64,000 bases of DNA, taken from positions 224,001-288,000 of the forward strand of contig JBDRCO010000087.1 in the NCBI GenBank assembly GCA_043821645.1, in the 5' to 3' direction. Shown here piece by piece: positions 20,229-29,355 of the stretch; the stretch's first letter is position 1; each line of letters starts with the position of its first letter. Both the position numbers and the translations under genes were made by a program. The DNA is from Pseudomonadota bacterium. GTDB taxonomy: Bacteria; Myxococcota; JACRCW01; JAFGSX01. The notes beneath the pieces are model-generated. The model saw only the letters and a program-made list of their open reading frames with translations, was not told where the DNA came from and did no database searches.

Positions 20229-21902
20229 ATGCGGGTCGAGAGATGGCAGAAGAGAGCGCTGTGCACGGCGGCACTGCTGGGCCTGGCAACGGCCCTGTCC
20301 TGTGCCGGCTGCGACGACGATGAGCTGGACCGCCTGCGGCCCATCCTCGAATTTGAACCGGCCCGGGTCGACTTCGGGCCAAGGGCCCTGGGCCAGGGGC
20401 ACGTCGAGACCGTGATCGCCCACTCCAAGGGCAGCCTCGATCTGGCCATCGAGGACGTGCGCATCGAACCGGCGGACGCACCTTTTCTCGTCGTCAATTA
20501 CCCGGACTTCTTGCCCATCGCCGGAAGTGGCGAGGTCACCGTGACCTTCACCCCGGGTGAGCGCGGCGATGATGGCGCCACGGCCGTGTTCACCATCAAC
20601 GTTGACGTCGACAACGAGGTGCGCCTGCCCCTGACGGGCTCGGTGGGGCCGCCGCGCATCGAGGTGACGCCCGCAGCTCTCGACTTCGGCACGGTCAACC
20701 AGGACCAGGGCTCGACCCTGGCGCTGCGTGCCTCGAACGTGGGGGGCGACTGGCTCGAGATCTCGTCCATCTCCTTCGTCGACGCCACCACCGAGTTTTC
20801 CGTCCTCAATGTGGTGTCGGCCACCAGCCAGCACCTGGCTCCGGGCGACTATCAATTGCTCCACGTGCGTTACGTGCCCGATGACATGGGCGCCGACAGC
20901 AACACCCTGCGCATCACCTCCAACGCCGAGAACGGTCCCGATACCGACGTGCCAGTGACCGCGGTGGGCAACCTGTCGCCGGTGGTGCTGGCCTTCGAGA
21001 AGCTGTCCGGACTCAGCGAGGTCACCATCGACCCCGAGCTGCTGCTGACCCTGAGCTCCGAGGGCACCTACGACCCCGAGGGCCAGGCCCTGACGCGCTA
21101 CTGGCAGATCATCACCAAGCCTGTGGGCTCCACCGCGACCTTACCCTCGGCCGAGCGCGACACCGTCGACACCCACATCGAGCCGGGCCTGGTGGGCGAC
21201 TACGTGGTGCGGCTGCTGGCCACCGACCCCCAGGGCGCCCAGGGTACGGCCGACGTGACCATTCACGCCATTCGCGACTTGGTGCTGGTGCTGCGCTGGG
21301 AGACCGCGGCCGACGCGCTGTGCCGGGCCCGCTCCGAGTCCGAGTGCGCGGCCATGTCGCCCCAGGATCGCCAGACCTACTGCTGTGGCCAGACCGACAT
21401 CGACCTGCACCTGGTGGCGCCGGGCGGTGTGGTGGGCGACTACCTGGGCACCTGTCCCTCCGAGGTGGGTTGCAACGCCACCACCTGCGGTTGCGTCGAC
21501 ACCAGCATCCCGGCCTGCCTGACCTGTCGCAGCAAGGGCCTGGACTGCGCCTATGCCAACCGCCGGCCCGACTGGGGCAACCTCGGCGATCCCCTCGACG
21601 ATCCTTCCCTCGACGTGGACGATGTGCGGGGCCGCGGTCCCGAGGTCATCAGCCTCAACGGACCGGTCGATGGCGACTACCTGGTGTACGCCCACTTCTG
21701 CAACGACCGCATCGTCGAGCCCACCGAGGCCACCATCGACGTGTTCATCAAGGGCGCGCTGCTGTTCTCGCTGGGGCCGGTGCGCCTGGCGAGCCAGGGC
21801 AAGCTGTGGCTGGGCGCGATCCTGACCAAGAGCGGCGAGACCTGGAGCGGGTTGACCCCGGCCTCGGTCACCGACGCGGACGCGGATCTCTGTACCAAGT
21901 AA
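20229..21902 (+). CDS. Surface lipoprotein: two Ig-like (choice-of-anchor D-like) repeats, PKD-like domain, Cys-rich C-terminal domain
   Basis: Lipobox LSCAGC; repeated P..(V/L)DFG starts; YDPEGQALT; DIDLHL...LDVDD..GRGPEVI. Confidence 0.85.
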   Translation: MRVERWQKRALCTAALLGLATALSCAGCDDDELDRLRPILEFEPARVDFGPRALGQGHVETVIAHSKGSLDLAIEDVRIEPADAPFLVVNYPDFLPIAGSGEVTVTFTPGERGDDGATAVFTINVDVDNEVRLPLTGSVGPPRIEVTPAALDFGTVNQDQGSTLALRASNVGGDWLEISSISFVDATTEFSVLNVVSATSQHLAPGDYQLLHVRYVPDDMGADSNTLRITSNAENGPDTDVPVTAVGNLSPVVLAFEKLSGLSEVTIDPELLLTLSSEGTYDPEGQALTRYWQIITKPVGSTATLPSAERDTVDTHIEPGLVGDYVVRLLATDPQGAQGTADVTIHAIRDLVLVLRWETAADALCRARSESECAAMSPQDRQTYCCGQTDIDLHLVAPGGVVGDYLGTCPSEVGCNATTCGCVDTSIPACLTCRSKGLDCAYANRRPDWGNLGDPLDDPSLDVDDVRGRGPEVISLNGPVDGDYLVYAHFCNDRIVEPTEATIDVFIKGALLFSLGPVRLASQGKLWLGAILTKSGETWSGLTPASVTDADADLCTK

Positions 21903-22194
21903 GCGTGGGCGTGCTGGCGATCTGTCGTCGAGGCTCGTGTGGTCGCGCCGTGGTCGGGCGCTGCTGCTCGCCGCTCGCTGCCCGCTGCTGCCGGAGCAGC
22001 ACCAAGATCTGCTGCAGCTCCCGGGTGGCGCCCGCGGTGGGCTCCGGCGCCACCGCCTCGACCAGCCGGGTCTCGCGCTGGAGCGCCGCGTCGAAGTCCG
22101 ACACCACGAGCAGCAGGGGCTGCTCGGCCCCGAGGGCGGGCGCGGCGGCGAACAGGCCAAGCACGAGAGCGAACAGCGTGATCATCTTCTTCAT
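21868..22194 (-). CDS. Small exported hypothetical protein
   Basis: Signal peptide MKKMITLFALVLGLFAAAPALG; GAGG RBS; directly downstream of cdb-like copy 2; 35-nt convergent overlap. Confidence 0.55.
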   Translation of the reverse strand: MKKMITLFALVLGLFAAAPALGAEQPLLLVVSDFDAALQRETRLVEAVAPEPTAGATRELQQILVLLRQQRAASGEQQRPTTARPHEPRRQIASTPTLTWYRDPRPRR

Positions 22195-22226
22195 GGCAGC
22201 ACCTCGACGCGATACGGACAGCGTGG

Positions 22227-22409
22227 TTACTTGTTGCCGGGGTATTCGTTGACGCCCGGGAAGGACGTGATCTGGTCCCGGGCCAGCTTCCATGCTTGCT
22301 GCATGAGCCAGGACAAGGGGCGTTCCTGGCGGTTGGACTCGCGGTTCATCTCGTCCAACATGTCGACCGGGAAATACAGACTCTGCTTGCGCTTTTCGGT
22401 GTCCTTCAC
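22227..22409 (-). CDS. CdbA/CdbB-like (TIGR04563) protein, copy 2
   Basis: EKRKQSLYFPVDMLDEMNRESNRQERPLSWLMQQAWKLAR; AGGAGG RBS before GTG. Confidence 0.88.
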   Translation of the reverse strand: MKDTEKRKQSLYFPVDMLDEMNRESNRQERPLSWLMQQAWKLARDQITSFPGVNEYPGNK

Positions 22410-22475
22410 GGGTTCCTCCTGCTCTCAGGGGCGCTAGATGGCGCCCTCTGTGGGTCGATGTGCGATACAGGAGTC

Positions 22476-22504
22476 AGTCTGAGGCCAATGCGTACCCGGG
22501 TCAA
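22476..22504 (-). promoter_or_regulatory. sigma70-type promoter of cdb-like copy 2
   Basis: TTGACC-N17-CAGACT with an AT-rich tract upstream. Confidence 0.55.
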
Positions 22505-22740
22505 AAATTCAGCTAACTTTTGTTTAATTGATGTAAAATTAAGACGCTAAATACTCGTAAAATAACATTATTAAAAAACAGATACAAAGCCGTGGTGGCC
22601 GCGTTTTTTTCTGGATCCAGGGACGCGTACGTCTTTGCCCGCGTCCAGGTGCGGACGGGCGGCGATGCCTGGAACGTAAAATGGTCGTAAAAATTATAAA
22701 TATTACAGTAATTTACAAGAAAAGTGCACGCCCTCGACGG

Positions 22741-24477
22741 CTACAGCCACTGCTTGACCTGCTCCTGGGGCTGCTCCCCAAGAACCTCGGCGCTCATGGC
22801 CTGGCGCTGATCGCTCAGGGCGCTGACCAGCTCGAGGATCTGGGGGTGGGTCATGATGACCTCGCGGAAGGTCGGGCGAGGGAGCTTGAGCACGGTGCAC
22901 TTGCGCAGGGCCTTGACCGTCGCCATGGCCGGCTGGCCAGTGAGCAGCGACACCTCGCCGAAGATGTCGCCCTCGCCGAGTTCTGCCAGCACGATGCGCA
23001 GGCCGGACTCCTCGCGGCTGACCTCGCAGCGGCCGCTCACCAGCACGTACAGCCCGTCGCCCTTCTTGCCCTCCTCGAGGATGGCCTGGCCGCGGGTCAC
23101 GGTGAGCTGCTTGAAGCGGCTGAACAGCTGCTTGCGGGTGGGCGGGTCAAAGGGCAAGAACAGCGATGAGGTCTTGAACAGCTGGCCTAACAGGTGTGCC
23201 TTGTAAAAACGCGCCAGCACGCTGCGCACGCTGGGGAACTTCTTGGCGATCTGAGTCAGGGTGCGCTTGTCGATCTCGAGCAGCTCGCCATCGCTCTCGG
23301 CGATGACGTCGGCGGTGCGGATGCCGTCGCCGAGCAGTGCCATCTCGCCAAAGAACTCGCCCTCACGCAGACGGGCCAGGGGGATGCTGCTGCCGTCGGG
23401 GCGGGGCTTCTCGACCCGCACCGTGCCCGAGGCGATGATGGCCAGGGTGTCGCCGCGCTCGCCGGCGCGCACCAGGATCTCGCCCTGCACGACGTCGCGA
23501 AGTTTCAGCTTCTGCAACAGGTCGATGAAGGCGTTCTTGGGCAGATCCTCGAACAGGGGAATGCCGGGAAGCTTGGCCGGGTCGAGTCCCAGGGCCGACG
23601 GTCCCGGCTCATCGGGGAGCACCTCGATGACGGGTTCGAGGGCCACGCTGTCGTCGAGTACCACCACGGCCTGGGAACTGGCCGGGGCCAAAAACGCCTC
23701 GTCGAACTCGATGGCTTCTTCGTCGGCCAGCACGTCGTCGATCTCGAACTCGGCGTCGGCCTCGGCACGCTTTGCTGGCGGAGCGTCCATCACCGGCGTG
23801 GGCTCTGCTGCAGCCCGGGTGGTCGCCGGGGTCGGCAAGGTCTCCTCGATGATGTCCATCTCCGACACGGCGTCCTCGACGCGGGACGAGGGCCGAGGGG
23901 CGGGCGCCTCTTCCACCAGATCGAGGTCCAGATCGATCTCGATCGAGCCCGACGCTGTGCGTCCCTTACCCGGAAGGGACACCGCCGGGCTCGCCGCGGG
24001 GGCCGGTGCCGCAGCGGTCTGGATGGAGATGCGCGCCACGGGCAGGTTGATCTTGCTAGCGCGGCGGCCGCGGATCATGGCCGCGGGGACCTTGTCGACC
24101 GAAGGTTGCAGCGACTGGGCCATGGTGGCCGGGAGCGGGGTGGGCAAGGGCGCGCCGGACTTGCGCCCGTACAGCTCGGCCAGGGTGCGCTGGGTCTCAT
24201 CGTGCCTGGGGTCGATCTGCAGGATGATCGTGCACAGGGCGATGGCCTTGGCCAGGCGGCCCTCGGCAGCGTAACCACCCACCACAGCCTGGTAGGCGGC
24301 CACGGCGTCCTGATCGCGGCCGAGCTTGCGGTACAGGTCTCCCAGACGCTGTCGCGAGCCGTGATCCCCGCGATCCTCGCGCAGCACCGCAAGCAGCAGC
24401 TCGAGGGCGCGTTCATATTCGCCCTCGGCCACGGCATGGGCGGCCTGGTCCTTGAGCTTTCGCAGGTTGACGGCCAC
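22741..24477 (-). CDS. TPR + tandem cyclic-nucleotide-binding domain protein
   Basis: N-terminal TPR-like helices; two cNMP domains (FFGEMALL..RTADV; IFGEVSLL..ATVKA); GTG start 24477. Confidence 0.88.
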   Translation of the reverse strand: MAVNLRKLKDQAAHAVAEGEYERALELLLAVLREDRGDHGSRQRLGDLYRKLGRDQDAVAAYQAVVGGYAAEGRLAKAIALCTIILQIDPRHDETQRTLAELYGRKSGAPLPTPLPATMAQSLQPSVDKVPAAMIRGRRASKINLPVARISIQTAAAPAPAASPAVSLPGKGRTASGSIEIDLDLDLVEEAPAPRPSSRVEDAVSEMDIIEETLPTPATTRAAAEPTPVMDAPPAKRAEADAEFEIDDVLADEEAIEFDEAFLAPASSQAVVVLDDSVALEPVIEVLPDEPGPSALGLDPAKLPGIPLFEDLPKNAFIDLLQKLKLRDVVQGEILVRAGERGDTLAIIASGTVRVEKPRPDGSSIPLARLREGEFFGEMALLGDGIRTADVIAESDGELLEIDKRTLTQIAKKFPSVRSVLARFYKAHLLGQLFKTSSLFLPFDPPTRKQLFSRFKQLTVTRGQAILEEGKKGDGLYVLVSGRCEVSREESGLRIVLAELGEGDIFGEVSLLTGQPAMATVKALRKCTVLKLPRPTFREVIMTHPQILELVSALSDQRQAMSAEVLGEQPQEQVKQWL

Positions 24478-24548
24478 GCCTTCTCCCCGTCGCCAGATCG
24501 GATCCAGCGTCAAACCATACACCAGGCCGAGCCTGAGGGAACCGGGGA

Positions 24549-25481
24549 TCAGCCACTGTTTGGCCGCAGGTTCGGCGCCCCCACATCCACGCGACGACGC
24601 CCGTCCCGGCCTGCTGCGTCGCTGCGGGTGGCATAGCAGTACACGCAACCCAGACTACAGGTGTCGTAGGCACCGATGTCGACGGAGGCCTGGCACAGGC
24701 AGCCGGGACGCGTGGGCCTGGAAGGAGGGTCCGGGGTGGTGTCCCCACGCAGAGCACGCAGCCAGGCCATCTCCACGCATCCCGCCGCGCGCACACCCGT
24801 GGGCTCCTCCCCGTCGAGGTCGAGCTGAGGCGGATCGCAGAGGTCCTGGGCGCAGCATGCGAGGACCTCGATACCCTCCTCGCGCCCGAGGGCGGCGAGC
24901 TGACGGACCAGCGAGCGGCGTTGTGCTCGGTCGGTCTCCTGGGTCTGTACCCCGGTCGCAGCGAGGGCGGTGAGGCGGCGCTGGGTCTTGCGGTAGTGCA
25001 GGTCCACGAAGCTGACGTGGCAGTGTCGAGTGGCGCCGCGCAGCGCTCGCGCGAGCTGGCCAAAGTTGTCCACGTGAAAGGCCGGCGGCGTCCTGGACGA
25101 CACCACGATGGGATCGTAACGCCAGTGCACAGCCTCGCAGCCGTCCCGGATCGCCAGGCGCTGCATCTGCTCGACGACACGGGGGGCAGGTGGGGAGCGA
25201 GGCTCGAGAACGCGCGGGTAGTTGTTGAGGGTGATCAGCCACAGCGGCGGACCTAGCCGATCGCAGATCTCGCTGTGCCACGACCACAGCGGCGCGGGCC
25301 AGCGCGTCCACAGCACCAGGCCGGCGACGTCGTCACGTTGCAGCGAGACGCGGCGTACCTGCCGCGCGTTCATGGGGTTGGTCACGTCGACCCAGCCGGC
25401 CCGAACGCGGCGCATCAACCAGCGCGCGTGCAGGGCAGGGACGTCGCTGCGGCGGCTGCAGCTGACGATGGCAGGAGGCAT
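24549..25481 (-). CDS. DUF1848 family (radical-SAM-like) protein
   Basis: IVSCSRRSDVPA; WRYDPI; RPGCLC..SVDIGAYDTCSLGCVYCYA. Confidence 0.88.
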   Translation of the reverse strand: MPPAIVSCSRRSDVPALHARWLMRRVRAGWVDVTNPMNARQVRRVSLQRDDVAGLVLWTRWPAPLWSWHSEICDRLGPPLWLITLNNYPRVLEPRSPPAPRVVEQMQRLAIRDGCEAVHWRYDPIVVSSRTPPAFHVDNFGQLARALRGATRHCHVSFVDLHYRKTQRRLTALAATGVQTQETDRAQRRSLVRQLAALGREEGIEVLACCAQDLCDPPQLDLDGEEPTGVRAAGCVEMAWLRALRGDTTPDPPSRPTRPGCLCQASVDIGAYDTCSLGCVYCYATRSDAAGRDGRRRVDVGAPNLRPNSG

Positions 25482-25496
25482 GCGGGGGCGTTCGCC

Positions 25497-25952
25497 TCAG
25501 TTCGAGCGGGTCGCGAAGCGTCGCACCACCTCGACGGGCAAGACGCTGCCATTGCGCGCGCTCAGACCCTGCTCGATGCGGATACGGAAGTGCGCGCCGT
25601 CTGGCAAGGTACCGTCGGTCGAGGGTGTGCCGATGGTGAGCGAGAGCGTCCTGCGTGCTTCGTCGAAGCCTGCGGGCCCCTTGTCCTCATCGGCGACCAG
25701 GGCAAAGGCGGTGTCCACCTCGTCGCTGTCGTTGACCGACGCGAGCTTGATGGCGGACAGCGCCGCGGTACCGTCGAGGATCTCGGAGAACACGAGGTCG
25801 ATGTGCGTCACCTCGCTTCCGGGGAGGGTGGCGCCGTTGGACGGGAAGCTGTCGACCACGACCAGGGGTGGGCTGACCTCGAGCAGTGTGCTCGGACCGC
25901 AGCCCACACAGGCGGTGAGCGCGCAGCAGGCGAGGAGAGGTGACCGCAACAT
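25497..25952 (-). CDS. Ig-like domain lipoprotein
   Basis: Lipobox ACVGC; VVDSFPSNGAT..IDLVFSE (Big_5-like). Confidence 0.75.
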   Translation of the reverse strand: MLRSPLLACCALTACVGCGPSTLLEVSPPLVVVDSFPSNGATLPGSEVTHIDLVFSEILDGTAALSAIKLASVNDSDEVDTAFALVADEDKGPAGFDEARRTLSLTIGTPSTDGTLPDGAHFRIRIEQGLSARNGSVLPVEVVRRFATRSN

Positions 25953-25954
25953 GT

Positions 25955-27196
25955 TCAGAACCACATGCGGGCGCCGATCAGGGCCGAGCCGCCCAGGTAA
26001 TTGAAACGGACCATGAGGTCGTTGGACGCGGAGATGGCGTCGAGCTGGAGCCTGGCGCAGGCCGCCGCAGGTCCGAGTGGAATCGCGACCTCGGCGAACA
26101 AGGCGGCCGCCCCGCCAAAGCCCGCGGCACTGCGATCGCGACCCTGGTAGCGCGTCGTGGCCGCGCTGAGCGCGAGCCCGAGGCCAGCGCCGAGCTCGAG
26201 CTCGAGCCAGTCCAGCGGCAGCTTCGGTGCAAAGGCCGCCACGGCAAGCAGCGGGAATACCCAGTTGGCAGCGTCGAGAACGGGTGGCTCGCTGCCGCTC
26301 GAGCGCAGGGCATAGCGGGTCATGGCCAGGTCTGCCCCGAGGCGCAGCTGCCCGTCGAGCCAGGGCGGGATGTAGCGTCCACCGAGGTGCAGGGCGAGCG
26401 AGGGTCCTCCCAGGTTGATGAAGGTCGTGCTCAGCCCCAGGCCCAGATCCGCAGTGGCGACGCGCCGGGTCGGGTGAGGGGTGACCCTGGCGTCCGCGGT
26501 GCTGGGTGGGGCGGAGAGCCCGGGGGACGATCCTGGCAGGGGATCGTATGCAGGAGGCTCCAGTGTCGCCGGCGGCTCCAGGTCGGGAGCTGGCACGGGG
26601 GCCGCGGCTGGTTCCACCTCCGGAGCAGGTGTCGGCACCGACGGCGGGGGATCGACAGCAGAGTCCGTGACCGGGATATCCTCGAGGGGAGGCAGGGCTT
26701 CCTTGCTCCCAAGGCTGTCCGGTGCCAGTGCCGAGGCCACGCGGAGCCTCATGCTCACCGCCACCGCCACGGTTCCTCCTCCCACCGACAGCTCCAGCAC
26801 GTGGGCACCGGCGGGGACGGCGATCTTGGCGTCGCGCGGGGCCGAGGGGGAAAAACGGGGTTCGTCGACGAAGATCAGCTTCTCTTCGCGGGCGCGGCGG
26901 AAGGTGATCGGCGGCTGCATGACCCGGTCGAGGAAGACCCTCACGCTGGTGGGCTGTACCGGCGGATCGCCGGTGAAGATCACCCGGCGCAGGGTCAGCT
27001 CGATGAGTCCCGGCCCCTCGACCTCGGCGCTCAGAGGCTTGTCCTCCTCGATGAGGTAGAGGCTGTCGGGCTGGCCAGAGACGGTCAGTACCCGATGCGG
27101 ACTGTTGGGAAGGAAGGGCTCGGCGGGCGCCTGGGCGCGCACACTGTTGACCAGGAGCATTCCAAGCACGGCAACAAAGGCTCGATGGTGGCTCAC
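25955..27196 (-). CDS. Exported protein with Pro-rich linker and probable C-terminal outer-membrane beta-barrel
   Basis: Signal peptide; Pro/Ala linker; alternating beta-strands; ends GARMWF. Confidence 0.7.
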   Translation of the reverse strand: MSHHRAFVAVLGMLLVNSVRAQAPAEPFLPNSPHRVLTVSGQPDSLYLIEEDKPLSAEVEGPGLIELTLRRVIFTGDPPVQPTSVRVFLDRVMQPPITFRRAREEKLIFVDEPRFSPSAPRDAKIAVPAGAHVLELSVGGGTVAVAVSMRLRVASALAPDSLGSKEALPPLEDIPVTDSAVDPPPSVPTPAPEVEPAAAPVPAPDLEPPATLEPPAYDPLPGSSPGLSAPPSTADARVTPHPTRRVATADLGLGLSTTFINLGGPSLALHLGGRYIPPWLDGQLRLGADLAMTRYALRSSGSEPPVLDAANWVFPLLAVAAFAPKLPLDWLELELGAGLGLALSAATTRYQGRDRSAAGFGGAAALFAEVAIPLGPAAACARLQLDAISASNDLMVRFNYLGGSALIGARMWF

Positions 27197-28380
27197 GGTG
27201 CGTACCCCTCGACCAGGATTTGCAGACGATCGGCCAGCCCCAGGCAGCAGGAGGCTGTCAGTGCAACTCGACCAGCGTGGCGATCACAGCACAGCGAGGC
27301 TGGGCACACAGGTGCCGCACCCTCGGGACAGATGAGCAGCTGCCAGGTGCCCACACAGTGGGTCTCGCTGCGCAGGTGCGCGATGGTCAGCGGTGGGACC
27401 TGTTCAATGGAGGTCCCGGTGACAATTCTGTCACCGGGTGCAGGGCAGTCCTCGCCTGCGGGCGCTGCCAGCACCCACCACTCGACCGTGCTGGTGCTGG
27501 TCGACGACGCGTACAGCCGTGCCTCGACGTTGATGGATGCAGATCCTCCCGAGCCCATGGACACCCGTGTGGCGGGCTGAGCCTCGGCGCGCACGGCCTG
27601 GCTCCAGTGTCCGACGCCGACGGTGACGAAGTCAGGGTCGCTCTCGCCGGCACCGGCCTGCACGCGCAGCGAGATGACGAAGGCTCCCGTGCGCGCGGTG
27701 GTGAGGTGGGTGAAGATCGCGAGCTGGGGTTGCTCCTCCGGGGTGACCAGGGCGAAGTCGCGATCGCGCAGCGAGCCGTCAGGCCAGTCCACCACATCCC
27801 AGATGTAGCGCAGGGCGATTCCCGGCGGTCCCGAGGACCCCGAGCCGTCAAAGGTGATGCTGCCGCCGGCGGGGATGGCATTGCTGGTGCCGGCCCGGGC
27901 ATGAAGCTCGGCCTGGGGTGCCAGGCTGCGCACATGCACGGTCACCAGGTCGGGCGCCGAGCGCAGTGCACCATCGTCCACCTGGAGAAAGAACACGAAC
28001 ACACCCTCGACGGTGGGGGTGTAGCGAGCAACCCGCTCGTTGCCCAGGTCGCTGCGGAGTCCATCGGGGGACTGCAGGGTCCACAGAAAGCTCAGCCCGT
28101 TGCCCTCGGGATCGCTGCTCAGGCTGCCGTCCAGGATGATGGGCTGTCCCAGCACGGCATCCCGGTCGTAGCCCGCAAAGGCCACGGGTGCGCGATTGAC
28201 TGACAGCGGCTCGTCGCAGCTCCCGACGAGGAGAGGAAGCAGGAGCATGGCCCCGCAGCGGGCCCCCCAGGGTCCAACCGAAAACGTTGCAGGACACCGA
28301 GCGCTCATGCTGACCTTTGCCTCCACCCGGGCATTGTCGGGATCCCCCGTCCAGCGGTCAAGAACGGCCCATCGCGTCAC
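27193..28380 (-). CDS. PKD/K319L-like repeat lipoprotein
   Basis: Lipobox VGSC; NRAPVAFAG..ILDGSLSSDPEG..LSFLW; start uncertain. Confidence 0.75.
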   Translation of the reverse strand: MTRWAVLDRWTGDPDNARVEAKVSMSARCPATFSVGPWGARCGAMLLLPLLVGSCDEPLSVNRAPVAFAGYDRDAVLGQPIILDGSLSSDPEGNGLSFLWTLQSPDGLRSDLGNERVARYTPTVEGVFVFFLQVDDGALRSAPDLVTVHVRSLAPQAELHARAGTSNAIPAGGSITFDGSGSSGPPGIALRYIWDVVDWPDGSLRDRDFALVTPEEQPQLAIFTHLTTARTGAFVISLRVQAGAGESDPDFVTVGVGHWSQAVRAEAQPATRVSMGSGGSASINVEARLYASSTSTSTVEWWVLAAPAGEDCPAPGDRIVTGTSIEQVPPLTIAHLRSETHCVGTWQLLICPEGAAPVCPASLCCDRHAGRVALTASCCLGLADRLQILVEGYAP

Positions 28381-28401
28381 CGGTCGCGTCTCCTCGTCTC
28401 T

Positions 28402-29355
28402 TCACTCGCTGGCGAGGCCCAGTACCAGGGCACTGCCCAGCGCCAGGGCCAGGCTGGATCCCAGGGCAATCTCTGCGCCGAGGACCTCGGTCTCGATCTC
28501 GCGCTGGATGTCCTTGGCCTCGCTGCGCTCGATCTGACGCACGGTGATGCCGTCCACCACCCGCTCGGCCTCGTAGCGGCTCTTGGCCAGCATGGCCAGT
28601 CCGCCCAGGACACCACCCGCGACCGCGCTCAGGGCCGAGGCCCCGACCAGGGTCCAGCCCACGATGCTCGCCGCACCACCCCCCGACGAGGGCTCCGCGC
28701 CATCCAGCCTGACGTCGACGCGGACGTCCTCGCCACGACGCACCTGCACTGTTTGCTCCAGGCTCATCCCTCCGGGAAGCCGCAAGCCCACGCTGTGCGC
28801 GCCTTCGCCGAGAGTTCCGGCCGTCAGCACCGGGGTCTCGCCCATGACCTGGCCGTCGACGCGCACCGTGGCCCCTGGTGGCGTCGAGTTCACCGACAGC
28901 GTGCCGGGGGTCCCGAGATCGCGGCCTATCGCCGCTGCGGCTTGCTGCGCCCCGACCATGTCGAAGCGCGACACGCCCAGGGCACTGGCGCCCACACGCT
29001 GGGTGCTGGCCACGTCAATCAGACTCCAGATCACCAATGGGCATGGACGCTGGCTCAACTGCACCACCACGACGGTAGTGACGCCCAGGCTCTTGCCCAC
29101 GGAGGCGGCACAGGTGGAATCCAGGTCGGTGCATCCCAGGGTGAAGATGATCTCGCTCAGGGGTTGGTCCGGCGTCGGTATGTAGCCCAGTCCGGCGTTG
29201 TTGAGCGCTGCGCCGGTGGCTCGGACCAGCTGATCCGCAAAGGCCTTGTCCGAGGGCTTCTCGATCAACACCAGCAGGGTCGAGGTGGTGGCGGGGGGTG
29301 GCGCGCTCGCGGTCTGCGCCGCCAGCCCGAGCAGCAGGGATAGGGCGCCGAGCAT
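28402..29355 (-). CDS. PEGA domain protein
   Basis: GTLSVNSTPPGATVRVDG..GETP; signal peptide; C-terminal hydrophobic hairpin; TGATG coupling. Confidence 0.85.
   Translation of the reverse strand: MLGALSLLLGLAAQTASAPPPATTSTLLVLIEKPSDKAFADQLVRATGAALNNAGLGYIPTPDQPLSEIIFTLGCTDLDSTCAASVGKSLGVTTVVVVQLSQRPCPLVIWSLIDVASTQRVGASALGVSRFDMVGAQQAAAAIGRDLGTPGTLSVNSTPPGATVRVDGQVMGETPVLTAGTLGEGAHSVGLRLPGGMSLEQTVQVRRGEDVRVDVRLDGAEPSSGGGAASIVGWTLVGASALSAVAGGVLGGLAMLAKSRYEAERVVDGITVRQIERSEAKDIQREIETEVLGAEIALGSSLALALGSALVLGLASE

Noticed and set aside
22500-22722. Replication origin
   Set aside because: No TTATCCACA-type DnaA boxes or dnaA/parAB context seen
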